A stretch of DNA of 20,000 nt from the IMG/VR virus record IMGVR_UViG_3300011006_000550; one strand, given 5' to 3'. The stretch comes from an uncultured virus (IMG/VR IMGVR_UViG_3300011006_000550) (taxonomy: Duplodnaviria; Heunggongvirae; Uroviricota; Caudoviricetes). This document shows, one piece after another, positions 1 to 8,901 of the stretch. The notes beneath the pieces were generated by a model, which worked only from the letters and a program-made list of their open reading frames with translations, had not been told where the DNA came from and did not search any database. Position 1 is the first letter of the stretch. The number at the start of each line of letters is the position of its first letter. The position numbers were made by a program, and so were the translations under genes.

Positions 1-201
1 TGCTTCCTTAGCAACGTTGCCGTTCATTCGGAGCAGACGCTGGGCAATCCGTTTGCAACATGCTTCGTCAAAATGAGAATCGTCGGTGATTCCTTCAAGT
101 TCTGCATCCAACTCTGCGTTAATGGTCTCTTCGCTTAGCACTGTGATGCGTGATTCGCCATACTGTGCCTCTACTAATGGTCTGAGTGATTCTCTGTCCA
201 T
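1..201 (-). CDS. Hypothetical protein, N-terminal part (runs off the window start)
   Basis: ATG at 201 (minus) opens a frame with no stop to position 1: MDRESLRPLVEAQYGESRITVLSEETINAELDAELEGITDDSHFDEACCKRIAQRLLRMNGNVAKEA. Not in the ORF track. Confidence 0.7.
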   Translation of the reverse strand, partial: MDRESLRPLVEAQYGESRITVLSEETINAELDAELEGITDDSHFDEACCKRIAQRLLRMNGNVAKEA

Positions 202-251
202 GATGTTCTAATTTCTAAGTTAATATTGATGATTTCAATGTTATCCTTTAG

Positions 252-324
252 TGGCGGGAAGCGGACTCGAACCGCTGACCTCAAGGCTATGATCCTCGCA
301 AGCTACCAACTGCTCCATCCCGCG
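252..324 (-). tRNA. tRNA-Met (CAT), initiator-like but atypical; no encoded CCA
   Basis: Reverse complement CGCGGGATGGAGCAGTTGGTAGCTTGCGAGGATCATAGCCTTGAGGTCAGCGGTTCGAGTCCGCTTCCCGCCA folds as a cloverleaf; anticodon CAT; T-arm AGCGG-TTCGAGT-CCGCT; 1:72 unpaired (C.C). Confidence 0.9.
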
Positions 325-410
325 ATATTGCGCCCCACACTTGGGGCTAAAATTTAATGAAAGGAGGGCCTTCACAGGCGTTATTTTTGAATAAATATAC
401 TAATTTTCTG

Positions 411-442
411 CAAAAATATGAATAAAAAATGTATAAAACAAA
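411..442 (-). promoter_or_regulatory. Bacteroidetes-type promoter for the tRNA-Met and leftward gene
   Basis: Minus strand: TTTG (442-439), 20-nt spacer, TATTTTTG (418-411) followed by CA; matches TTTG-N19-21-TAnnTTTG. Confidence 0.65.
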
Positions 443-452
443 TATTTTTGCG

Positions 453-460
453 TATTTTTG
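453..460 (+). promoter_or_regulatory. Bacteroidetes -7 element upstream of terL
   Basis: TATTTTTG followed by CA just before ATG 470; a second TATTTTTG at 443-450; no clear -33 box. Confidence 0.5.
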
Positions 461-469
461 CACAAAAAT

Positions 470-2173
470 ATGAATATAATGGAGAAGTTTTCAGGATTAA
501 AAATGCCCGATGGTGAGCCAATTCTGACTCAGGAATATATCAACTCCCTCCAACAGCAGGCTATAGCAAAAAAACTAAGGAATGCTTACGTGCCGCAAGC
601 TGGAGGTCAGGAGAATATGCTCGCTATTGACGTGGATATTCTGATATGCGGAGGAAGCCGTGGAGGATCGAAGTCTTTCTCCCTTCTCATGGAAGCCCTC
701 AAGGACATTCTCAACCCCGATTTCCATGCTGCCGTGTTCCGAAACAACAAGAAGGCGATGGAGAAACTGATACGAGACTCCCGCAAGCTCTATTCTCAGT
801 TCGGCACCTACAACAAGTCGCAGTCGGATATGACCTGGAACTTCACGGCTGGAGGTACGCTTGGCTTCTACTATCATGATGACTCCGACGATGATTTCAA
901 GGAGCGTTTTCAGGGACAGGAATATGCCTATATCGCCATCGACGAGATCACGCATATCTCTTATAAGAAGTTCAAATACCTCACCACCTGTAACCGTAAT
1001 GCCTACGGCATTAGAAACAGATTCTGGGGAACGTGTAACCCTGATCCGCGTTCTTGGGTTAGACAGTTCGTTGACTGGTGGATCGACAAAGACGGATATA
1101 TCGATCCCGCAAAAGACGGTAAGGTACGCTATTGCTTCATGAAGGGTGAGCGCATCAATCAGATTGTCTGGGGTGACAGCAGACATGAGGTTTACCTCAA
1201 ATGTAAAGACGATATTGATGAACTCTGGAAGCCTGAGTTTGATGCCCTCGGACTCGATAAGGAGGAGACGATGGTAATGTCTGTGGCCTTTGTCCGTGCA
1301 GACCTCGCACAGAACCCAATGCTGCTTCTTTCTGACCCGTCCTATCTGTCACGACTGGCTCAGCAGGACAAAGGCCAAGTTCTACGCGACCTCAAGGCAA
1401 ACTGGAATGCCTCGGAGGCTGGCGACGATATGATCTCATACGACGAGCTGGAATCGATATTCTCAAATCCGGCTCAGTATGGTGACGGCAAGCGACGGTG
1501 TACGGCCGATATTGCACTTGAAGGTGGTGATAACCTCGTCATGTACCTGTGGATCGGATGGCATGTGGCAGACTTCTGCTGCATCAACGTAAATTCCAAG
1601 ACCGCTGTGTCGGTCATCAGAAGGAAACTAAGGGAGTGGGGAGTGGCAGAAGAGGATTTCTGCTATGACTATCAGGGTATCGGACAGCTTGTGAAGGGAT
1701 TCTTCCCAGAGGCCATACCGTTTAACAACCAGTCCGCTCCCATCGCAGAAGACGATGATGACTACGAGGGCGTGAAGTATCTCTATAAGGACCTCAAATC
1801 GCAATGCGCGTACATTATTTATCGTAAACTCAAGGAAATGGGACTCTCATTCGAGGAGAATCTTCTCGATACGAAAGTCTCAGGAAACGGCTACGAGGAT
1901 ATTCTCTTTAGGGACGTTCTGCAGAAGGAACGTATGTCGCTCAGACGCGATCCAGATACGAAAGACAAGGGCTTCTGTCTTATGCCCAAGAAGAAGTCGA
2001 AACTGATTGTAGGACACTCACCTGACTGGTGGGAATCTCTGTATTTCCGTGCTTACTTTGACATTGCCCAGCCCGTTCAGCTCAACATTGAGAATGACTG
2101 GATGCTTGGTGCCGAAATGGATATGGATATGGTCGAAGACGATGATTTTGATTATGAAATGGATTTTAATTAG
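470..2173 (+). CDS. terL: Terminase large subunit
   Basis: Walker A-like GGSRGGSKS, Walker B YIAIDE, TCNP coupling motif, RNase H-like nuclease start TADIALEGGD, late SPD motif; followed by portal. ATG 470 preferred because TTG 458 lies in the promoter box. Confidence 0.92.
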   Translation: MNIMEKFSGLKMPDGEPILTQEYINSLQQQAIAKKLRNAYVPQAGGQENMLAIDVDILICGGSRGGSKSFSLLMEALKDILNPDFHAAVFRNNKKAMEKLIRDSRKLYSQFGTYNKSQSDMTWNFTAGGTLGFYYHDDSDDDFKERFQGQEYAYIAIDEITHISYKKFKYLTTCNRNAYGIRNRFWGTCNPDPRSWVRQFVDWWIDKDGYIDPAKDGKVRYCFMKGERINQIVWGDSRHEVYLKCKDDIDELWKPEFDALGLDKEETMVMSVAFVRADLAQNPMLLLSDPSYLSRLAQQDKGQVLRDLKANWNASEAGDDMISYDELESIFSNPAQYGDGKRRCTADIALEGGDNLVMYLWIGWHVADFCCINVNSKTAVSVIRRKLREWGVAEEDFCYDYQGIGQLVKGFFPEAIPFNNQSAPIAEDDDDYEGVKYLYKDLKSQCAYIIYRKLKEMGLSFEENLLDTKVSGNGYEDILFRDVLQKERMSLRRDPDTKDKGFCLMPKKKSKLIVGHSPDWWESLYFRAYFDIAQPVQLNIENDWMLGAEMDMDMVEDDDFDYEMDFN

Positions 2174-2181
2174 TATAGTGT

Positions 2182-3852
2182 ATGACAAAAAGCTTAGATT
2201 TTAAAGAAATCCTTGTGCGCAATCCTGTATACAAGGTGTTGCCAAGCGACTCAAATCTGAAATTTGAGACGTATCAAGGTGTTGACATGTCGGAGCCTGA
2301 CGATCCGCTGAAGCTGCAAGTTTATACGCAGTCGCAGATGCTTCGTGAGTATTATCCTTCAGGTCACAATATCAATAATCCGATTCTGTACCCTGACGTG
2401 TGGAAGAAGGCACCAGTGCCGGGAAAGCCTAACAAGGCACGCTATTTCCGTCAGCCTATCACGCGCGTCTCTCTTGCTTTCCAGCGTATCATCAAGATCA
2501 AGGCCAACGTCCACATCTGCGGAAACGATGCTCAATTTGAGCTTGCATCACCCGAGAGAGACGAGAAGAAGACGCTGAAAGATACATTGTCACTGCTTGA
2601 GTTCAAAGAGGGCTGGCTCACGATGGGAATGGAAGAGCGTCTGTATGATGCTGTCGATTCCATCCATACCGTATCTGATGCGGCCATCGTAGGTTACTTC
2701 GATGATGAAGGGGAACCACAGGCGAGGGTATTCTCTTTCATCAACGGCGATAAGCTCTATCCGCATTACGATTCCATCACTGGCAAGATGAAGCTCTTCG
2801 CCCGCAAGTACCGTGATCTTGATGAAGACGGAAAGAGCACGACCGAGTGGGTAGAGGTGTGGGATAACAAGTATCTCTACCGTTACAAGCGCGACATCAA
2901 CAGCAACGAACTCATTGAGAAATTCAAGGGCTTCTTCGGACTTGGTGGATTCAAGATGGTTGGTGAGCCAGTAGAACACGGATTCCCGTTTATTCCCGTA
3001 GCCTATCATGTGAACACCGAAGGTCCTGTGTGGGCTTTCTCTCAGGACACCATCGAGAAATACGAGGAGGCAATGTCTTACTTCTTCGAGAACAACAAGG
3101 CATACGCTTTCCCGATCTTCTATGCCAAGGGAAAGGGCGTGAAGATTCAGGGCAATATGAACGGTGCCGTCAAGGCCGTTGCCATCACGGACCCGAAGGG
3201 AGAGGCTGGCTTCTTGAATCAGGCCGATGTCTCTGCATCCTACAACACCTTGCTCACGAAGCTCTACGATCTGATTTACGAGCAGTCCTTTGCCGTCAAG
3301 CCGCCCGAATTGAAGTCCGGCGATCTGCCAGGCGTAGCCGTCAAGCTGCTTTTCAGCCCTGCAATAGAACTGGCCATCGGTGGCGTTGCCCACTATCAGG
3401 ACTTCCTTGAGCAGTGTGTCCGCATTGTCAAATACGGATGGGGATATAAGATCAACAAGGCCGCTACGCTTATGACATTGCCTATCAAGTCATGGTTTGA
3501 GCCGTATATCCATCAGAATGATTCAGAGCTGATGCAGAACCTCCGCATCGGTGTGCAGGATGGGTTTATCTCCAAGCAGACGGCATCTGAGCGTGCATCG
3601 AAGTACACCAAGAATGACGAGACAGACCGCATCCTCAAGGAATACAAGCAGATGCAGGAACTTGACCTTCTCTTTGAGACCAAGAAGAAGAAGGCCGAGG
3701 TCGAAGCAGAGATTGAAAAAGAGAAAGCCATTGCCAAGGTCAATCCGAAGCAGGGTAATGTCCGCACAGGAAACGGTCGCAACCGCACCACCGACGAAAA
3801 CGGTAACCACCCTGGCGAAAACAACTGGGATGATTGGGACAAAAATCACTAA
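2182..3852 (+). CDS. Portal protein (SPP1 gp6-like)
   Basis: 556 aa directly after terL; HGFPFIPVAY and SGDLPGVAVKLLF segments resemble SPP1-type portals; charged C-terminal tail. Confidence 0.8.
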   Translation: MTKSLDFKEILVRNPVYKVLPSDSNLKFETYQGVDMSEPDDPLKLQVYTQSQMLREYYPSGHNINNPILYPDVWKKAPVPGKPNKARYFRQPITRVSLAFQRIIKIKANVHICGNDAQFELASPERDEKKTLKDTLSLLEFKEGWLTMGMEERLYDAVDSIHTVSDAAIVGYFDDEGEPQARVFSFINGDKLYPHYDSITGKMKLFARKYRDLDEDGKSTTEWVEVWDNKYLYRYKRDINSNELIEKFKGFFGLGGFKMVGEPVEHGFPFIPVAYHVNTEGPVWAFSQDTIEKYEEAMSYFFENNKAYAFPIFYAKGKGVKIQGNMNGAVKAVAITDPKGEAGFLNQADVSASYNTLLTKLYDLIYEQSFAVKPPELKSGDLPGVAVKLLFSPAIELAIGGVAHYQDFLEQCVRIVKYGWGYKINKAATLMTLPIKSWFEPYIHQNDSELMQNLRIGVQDGFISKQTASERASKYTKNDETDRILKEYKQMQELDLLFETKKKKAEVEAEIEKEKAIAKVNPKQGNVRTGNGRNRTTDENGNHPGENNWDDWDKNH

Positions 3853-3855
3853 GCT

Positions 3856-4407
3856 ATGGATATAAACGTATCATCAAAACTTAATAAGATAGCCCGTAAC
3901 TACAAACTGACTCCTGAACAGCTTGCATTTGCCGATCTCGTTACGCAGGGATGGCCGGAGGAGGATGCTTGGGCTGTGGCTATCAGAACAGGCACAACGA
4001 CATGGAACCGCACGGCATTGAAGGCCGAGGTGGCGAAGTTGCTGGCATCGGAACAGGTGCAACTACGCATTTCCGAAAACAAGGAGGTGCTGCGACAATC
4101 ACAGATAGAGAAGATACAACAGGACATGAAAGACAATGCAGACGAACTTCTTGAACTGGCAACGAACAAGGAGAAGAAACTCATTGAACTGCAGTCCATC
4201 CTCAAAGACCTCAAACCCGGTTCCACCGAGTACAACAAGGTCAATGACCAGATCATCAATATCTCACGAATGAAGCAGAACGAAGTCAAGACGGATGACA
4301 AGACCATACACTATTATCTTCCTGTGTCATATCCGAAGGGCTGTCAGGACTGCCTTTATTCACGTTGCGACCAGTGCAAATACAAGAAGGAATCGGAAAA
4401 CAAATAA
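3856..4407 (+). CDS. Probable terminase small subunit-like HTH protein with C-terminal Cys cluster
   Basis: LTPEQLAFADLV...EDAWAVA...AKLLASEQVQLRISE resembles the TerS N-terminal HTH pattern; helical middle; CQDC-x4-CDQC at the C-terminus. Confidence 0.5.
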   Translation: MDINVSSKLNKIARNYKLTPEQLAFADLVTQGWPEEDAWAVAIRTGTTTWNRTALKAEVAKLLASEQVQLRISENKEVLRQSQIEKIQQDMKDNADELLELATNKEKKLIELQSILKDLKPGSTEYNKVNDQIINISRMKQNEVKTDDKTIHYYLPVSYPKGCQDCLYSRCDQCKYKKESENK

Positions 4408-4436
4408 CTTCAACGCTATCTTTGTCATATCAATAT

Positions 4437-4470
4437 GAGGGGAACCACTCGCGAGAACAGTTCCCCTTTG
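4437..4470. terminator. Hairpin between convergent operons, probable terminator
   Basis: GAGGGGAAC (4437-4445) pairs with GTTCCCCTT (4460-4468), between convergent stops at 4407 and 4472; only a short U run. Confidence 0.55.
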
Positions 4471-4471
4471 A

Positions 4472-4888
4472 TTATATACTTATTTCTTCAAACCGCCATT
4501 GACTACGGCCCTTTCTGTTATGTTTGCGGATAATGTGTTTCATCAGTTTTCGCCTTAAAGGATAGTCGTGCTGTCTCTGCGTGATAAAGCTCTTGACCTC
4601 AAGCATCACATATTCATTTGTCTCACAGTCAAAATAGATGAAGTCTGGAGTATATCGGGCCTCACGCTCTTCAATGACCTTTTTTTCTATCCGCTTAACC
4701 TTTGTCTTGAGTTGCTTTTCTACAACAACAGTCTCAGCCAGTTCGGGGATGATTAGAAAATGATTATTGCTTCTGTGAAGACCACGTATAAGCCCAGCAT
4801 CCTCTAATACGCCATACTTCTGTTCAACCACTTTCTCTATCTTAGAGTCGTAGCTTCCTTGCTTTTGGGCACCAAATTTATTTGTCAT
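4472..4888 (-). CDS. DUF1064-like PD-(D/E)XK endonuclease
   Basis: NKFGA...YDSKIE N-terminus, YTPDFIY...LEVKS catalytic motif, DYPLRRKLM tail. Confidence 0.75.
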   Translation of the reverse strand: MTNKFGAQKQGSYDSKIEKVVEQKYGVLEDAGLIRGLHRSNNHFLIIPELAETVVVEKQLKTKVKRIEKKVIEEREARYTPDFIYFDCETNEYVMLEVKSFITQRQHDYPLRRKLMKHIIRKHNRKGRSQWRFEEISI

Positions 4889-5082
4889 AGAAGTTTCTTT
4901 CTAAGTTTGGTAATGGTTTCACAGATTTTCCCCAACTGCTCTGATACCATTGTATCATTGCACACGGGGACGAAGTTAGGCATTTCCGTTCCGTTCTCGA
5001 TGGCACAGCAGATATTGTCAATGGTGTCACAAACTCTGGTATGGTCCTCGATAATCTCAATGACATTCTTCTCAATTTCCAT
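4885..5082 (-). CDS. Hypothetical protein (65 aa, MEIEKNVIEII...)
   Basis: Packs into the operon, overlapping both neighbours (ATGA overlap with the nuclease start). Confidence 0.6.
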   Translation of the reverse strand: MEIEKNVIEIIEDHTRVCDTIDNICCAIENGTEMPNFVPVCNDTMVSEQLGKICETITKLRKKLL

Positions 5083-5662
5083 CGCTGCCTCCCTTCTCTT
5101 CCTGTTGTGAATCGGCAACCGTCTTCGACATGTCAACGATAATTGCCTTGGATTCCTCTTTGGCTTTCAATTCTTCGAGAATCTTGTCATCCTCGGCCTT
5201 CTCCTCTGGGGTCTCTGCATTTTTTCTCAATGCAGTCTGACGTTCTATCAAGGCTTTCAGGGCGTTGCCTTTGTCGGCATAGTAGATACTGTCACCCTGT
5301 ACTGTGGTGTCTGTCATCCACATACCGAACAGGTGGGCAAAGTCGGCGATGCTCTCATACTCAGGCTTGCGTTTCTCCTGAGCCGCAAGCAGGGCCAGAG
5401 GCAGAACACGGTCTATATAGAGATAGACACCAGTGTTACAGCAGAACTCAACACTCCAGATCTGACTGATGGCCTCCACTTTGATATAGGGCAGACCGCT
5501 ACGTGTCAGCTGTTTCTTTACTTCGGGGTGAATGTCCTTGTCTTCACGGATAGACTTCAACTGTTTCTTCGTCAGCGTCTTCGTGTACTTGAGGACGGTG
5601 TAGTTCCCCACCTGAATCTTTTTGCCAAAAGGCAATACCAGAATTTCTTGTTTCTCTTCCAT
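5072..5662 (-). CDS. Hypothetical protein (196 aa)
   Basis: Starts 1 nt after the helicase stop; protein-like composition. Confidence 0.8.
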   Translation of the reverse strand: MEEKQEILVLPFGKKIQVGNYTVLKYTKTLTKKQLKSIREDKDIHPEVKKQLTRSGLPYIKVEAISQIWSVEFCCNTGVYLYIDRVLPLALLAAQEKRKPEYESIADFAHLFGMWMTDTTVQGDSIYYADKGNALKALIERQTALRKNAETPEEKAEDDKILEELKAKEESKAIIVDMSKTVADSQQEEKGGSDGN

Positions 5663-5663
5663 G

Positions 5664-7187
5664 TTAATCGTCTTCTTTTATGAATGTTCCTTTTTCTTCC
5701 TTGTATTCAATCTCCATGTCGGCAGTACGGATGACGAAGGGCTGACTGAGCCTGTCCTCGTTACAGCCGTAGATGATATAGCGGTAGCCCTCCTTGAAGT
5801 GCTTCTTGCCGAAACCGAACCTTCCCATCGTTTGGCCGAAGAGTTGTCTTGACGGCATATCGACATCGTTATCCTTGCAGAACTGCTCGAGACTCTTATA
5901 CAGATCCTGTGTGGCGATGGTAACGGATTCCTCATGCAAGGCACCTGGCTCTTTGCGCATACGGTATGAGTTGATCCATGCAAGCACGGGATTCATCTGT
6001 AACTGCGCAAGAAGGATCTGTCTTCTGTTACCCTCAGACGAAGGGAACACAAATTTTCTACGCTTCAACTCCCTGCAGCCTCTCAGGATCCAGTTGAAGA
6101 TACCCGGGTATTCTTCAACAAGCTCCCGTGACAAAGCAGGATTCTGTCTGTCCTTGGGTATCGTGATCTCAAAGGTGATGAATTGCAGCCTGCGGATGAA
6201 GCCAAGACTCTGATCGTCGGAGTAGGGCAGCTCGTTCAAGTTGAAGATAAGGAACGGGATATTATAATTCTCCTTCACGTCCTCACCCAGTTTCCTGTCC
6301 GTGACACTCTCACCGCTCACGATTCTCTTGAATACACCAGTGCGCTTTCTGCCAAACGTCCGTTGGTCCGAGTCCGAAGACCAATTAAAGATAGCCTCAC
6401 GCAGCAGCCTACGCGCACGCATACCCTCGTCACCCGTTGCCGTCAAATCATCATAGTCAAGGCCAGAGATCCTTTCCTTGCCGAAGATGCCGATGGCAGT
6501 ATCATAGATCGTGCTCTTGCCGTTAGCACCGGCACCAAGAAGGATAAGGCACAGCTCTATCTTCGAGGCGTTCTTACCCTCATAGGAGTTATAGACAGTA
6601 CCACGCTCCATCAGTCCCAGACCAAGGAACATCTGCAGGATCAGGCGTGAGTTCTTATCCGGCAGAACCTCATGCAGAAAATTGTTCCACTTGTTACACT
6701 TCGCATTCTCCTTATACTCGTAGGGATGATAATATGTAACATGGAACTCTGGGCTGAAAGGAAACAGCATGTACTTTCTCAGGTCCAGCACACCGTTCTT
6801 GAAGGCAATGAGATCATGCCTCGGCAACAGAGGGTTATAGTAGCGGATGATGTCGATGAAGTACTTCTTGCATATTCCCTTATCACCGATCATAGGCACC
6901 ACCCTCAGATGCTCAAGCAACAGGTCATAGGCTGTGATAATCAGTTCCTCACGGATGGCAACATATATCTTATCGTCATAGAGGTAGAAGCTGCCATCAT
7001 AGAACTTGATGTCACAATCCTTTGCAAGCATCCTGATCTTCTCGATGAAGTCAAGTTTCAGATTCTGGAACTGCTCGGAGGTCCTGTAACCCCAGCGGCC
7101 CTTGAACTTCTCGAAATTGAAGTCACCATTGGAGCAGAGCCTCAGCAGCCCGCCGTAGATCTTATCAATAACTGTACTGTCTCTCAT
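5664..7187 (-). CDS. D5/P4-family (SF3) helicase, no evident primase domain
   Basis: D5_N-like LIAFKNGVLDL...FSPEFHVTY; Walker A GAGANGKST; NELP...GFIRRL motif; winged-helix-like C-terminus. Confidence 0.85.
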   Translation of the reverse strand: MRDSTVIDKIYGGLLRLCSNGDFNFEKFKGRWGYRTSEQFQNLKLDFIEKIRMLAKDCDIKFYDGSFYLYDDKIYVAIREELIITAYDLLLEHLRVVPMIGDKGICKKYFIDIIRYYNPLLPRHDLIAFKNGVLDLRKYMLFPFSPEFHVTYYHPYEYKENAKCNKWNNFLHEVLPDKNSRLILQMFLGLGLMERGTVYNSYEGKNASKIELCLILLGAGANGKSTIYDTAIGIFGKERISGLDYDDLTATGDEGMRARRLLREAIFNWSSDSDQRTFGRKRTGVFKRIVSGESVTDRKLGEDVKENYNIPFLIFNLNELPYSDDQSLGFIRRLQFITFEITIPKDRQNPALSRELVEEYPGIFNWILRGCRELKRRKFVFPSSEGNRRQILLAQLQMNPVLAWINSYRMRKEPGALHEESVTIATQDLYKSLEQFCKDNDVDMPSRQLFGQTMGRFGFGKKHFKEGYRYIIYGCNEDRLSQPFVIRTADMEIEYKEEKGTFIKEDD

Positions 7188-7644
7188 TTATTTTCTGTGT
7201 TACATTTTTCCACAACTTACCATTTTTGATTCTTCTTATGATAGTTGGATCAACTGAGTATTTTCGAGCCAATGACCTATTAGAAGATTTCTTATCATTA
7301 TAGATGGAAATGACTATTTGTTCTGTCAATTTACTCCTGCCATTATTCTCCCCTATGGCAGATCTACCACGAATGACCCTGTCATGTACATTATCGGAGT
7401 GGGTGCCAACACAAAGATGATTCGGATTGATACACTCTGGATTGTCGCAATTATGTCTTATGACATATCCTACAGGTATTTCCCCATTAAATGCCATATA
7501 AACAAGTCTGCTTAACGCAACAACATGTCCTTCGACTTTTATTACAGGGTAACCGCGATCCTTTGCTTTGTGAGAGGTACATAACCAACAACCTCTATCT
7601 GTTTCCTTGTAACTGATCTTTCTTCCTTTAATCGTCAAATCCAT
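7165..7644 (-). CDS. HNH (homing-type) endonuclease
   Basis: CWL...GYP...RLVY...VIRHNCDNPECINPNHL..GTHSDNVHD core, then GENNGRSKLTE and an HTH tail. Confidence 0.9.
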   Translation of the reverse strand: MDLTIKGRKISYKETDRGCWLCTSHKAKDRGYPVIKVEGHVVALSRLVYMAFNGEIPVGYVIRHNCDNPECINPNHLCVGTHSDNVHDRVIRGRSAIGENNGRSKLTEQIVISIYNDKKSSNRSLARKYSVDPTIIRRIKNGKLWKNVTQKINERQYSY

Positions 7645-7660
7645 ATCTTTTGTTTTAATG

Positions 7661-7746
7661 TAGGGGAGGCAAGGATCGAACTTGCAACCTAACGTTCACG
7701 ACGTTGCTCTACCAGTGTCAGACTACCGACTTATAGCTACTCCCCG
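7661..7746 (-). tRNA. tRNA-like gene or pseudo-tRNA (nominal anticodon GTG) with a hairpin inserted in the D-loop
   Basis: Reverse complement C-GGGGAG-TA-GCT-ATAA-GTCGG-TAGT-CTGAC-ACTGGTAG-AGC-AACG-TCGTGAA-CGTT-AGGTT-GCAAG-TTCGATC-CTTGC-CTCCCC-T-A: 6-bp acceptor stem and perfect T-arm; aberrant D and anticodon arms. Confidence 0.7.
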
Positions 7747-7753
7747 TACCGTT

Positions 7754-8041
7754 TTAATATTTCTTGAAAAGGAAACTCCTAAACTCAACATCCTTCATGT
7801 TTGTGAGATCCGAAATGAGGAATGCCTGACCTATCAACAGAAAGATGTTGATACCAGGCACAAACGCTAATGGAAATGTTACGATGAGTTTCCACAGCGG
7901 GAACTTCACCTTATCGCCCTTATTCCAAGTACCATCCCAGCTTTTGTTATCTTTCGTATGATAGGAACGGAAGAAGATCACCCACCACAGATACAATGTG
8001 ATGAAGATAATCAGATAGTAGAACAGAATGGCCCAGATCAT
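7754..8041 (-). CDS. Small membrane protein (two hydrophobic segments)
   Basis: MIWAILFYYLIIFITLYLWWVIFF and LWKLIVTFPLAFVPGINIFLLIG; ATGA overlap with the SPFH gene stop. Confidence 0.75.
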   Translation of the reverse strand: MIWAILFYYLIIFITLYLWWVIFFRSYHTKDNKSWDGTWNKGDKVKFPLWKLIVTFPLAFVPGINIFLLIGQAFLISDLTNMKDVEFRSFLFKKY

Positions 8042-8868
8042 TTCCCAATCACTTTTGAAACGTCAAGAATCTGGCCGTTGCCTCCCATGATGACAGGCAC
8101 CTTGCCATCCCATTTCTCAATGAAGTCCTCTTGGATGATCATCGGACTCAGAGAAGCCGCAATAGTCCTATTATAGTAAGCCTCAGCATCGGCCTTGATC
8201 TTCATGGCCTTAGCATTACCCTCTGCCTTTGCAACGGCAATCTTCGCGTTAGCCTCAGCCTCCTTTACCTCGTTCTCAGCCTTCAAGGCACTCTGAATGG
8301 CAGCGTTCTTGGCATCGATCATAGATGTCAGAGACGCAGGAGGCGTGATCTTACTTGTGAACTCCTCAACGATGAAGCCCTCAGCCATCAGCGATTTCTC
8401 AAGACGTGCCCTAACGTCTCTCTCGAAGTTCGCACGGTTAGACATGAGTGAGTCAGACGTATAGCTGTTGGCGCACGTTCTGTATGCCTCGTAGATACAG
8501 GTCTTGATGTACCCGTCTTCAAGCTCCTTGATGTCAACACGGTATTTCACGTAGATGTCGCAAGCCTTCTCGGGATTGATACGATAAGCAATGGTAGGAT
8601 CCATTTCAAACAGAGAGGCATCCTTGGCATTCACCTTGATAGTCTCATACTGCTTGCGCTGAGTGAATGTAGGATAGGTGAACACGGACGTTGAAAACGG
8701 GTTATAGAACACCCAGCCCTTACATGTTCCCTCAACAGCTCCGTAGTCCTGAGTGTCAGAACTCCACTTGTGGAACTTAACACCAACCTCACCACCGTCA
8801 ACGACGGTACACGATGTGAAACTCAATGAGGCGACAACCGCCATCATCATAAAAATCAATTTCTTCAT
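8038..8868 (-). CDS. SPFH/band 7/prohibitin-family lipoprotein
   Basis: Signal peptide with lipobox-like FTSC, GEVGVKF, Ala-rich coiled coil EAEANAKIAVAKAEGNA, terminal IEKWDGKVP. Confidence 0.9.
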   Translation of the reverse strand: MKKLIFMMMAVVASLSFTSCTVVDGGEVGVKFHKWSSDTQDYGAVEGTCKGWVFYNPFSTSVFTYPTFTQRKQYETIKVNAKDASLFEMDPTIAYRINPEKACDIYVKYRVDIKELEDGYIKTCIYEAYRTCANSYTSDSLMSNRANFERDVRARLEKSLMAEGFIVEEFTSKITPPASLTSMIDAKNAAIQSALKAENEVKEAEANAKIAVAKAEGNAKAMKIKADAEAYYNRTIAASLSPMIIQEDFIEKWDGKVPVIMGGNGQILDVSKVIGK

Positions 8869-8901
8869 GTTTTTAAATTTTAATTAGTAAATATGGTATA
8901 A

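Noticed and set aside
4417..4424. TATCTTTG as an antisense promoter
   Set aside because: No -33 box and it points straight into the hairpin; such 8-mers arise by chance.
575..7229. Antisense and alternative-frame ORFs inside terL, portal and helicase (e.g. 575-1186, 2590-3393, 6672-7229)
   Set aside because: Shadow frames of well-supported genes with no recognisable motifs.
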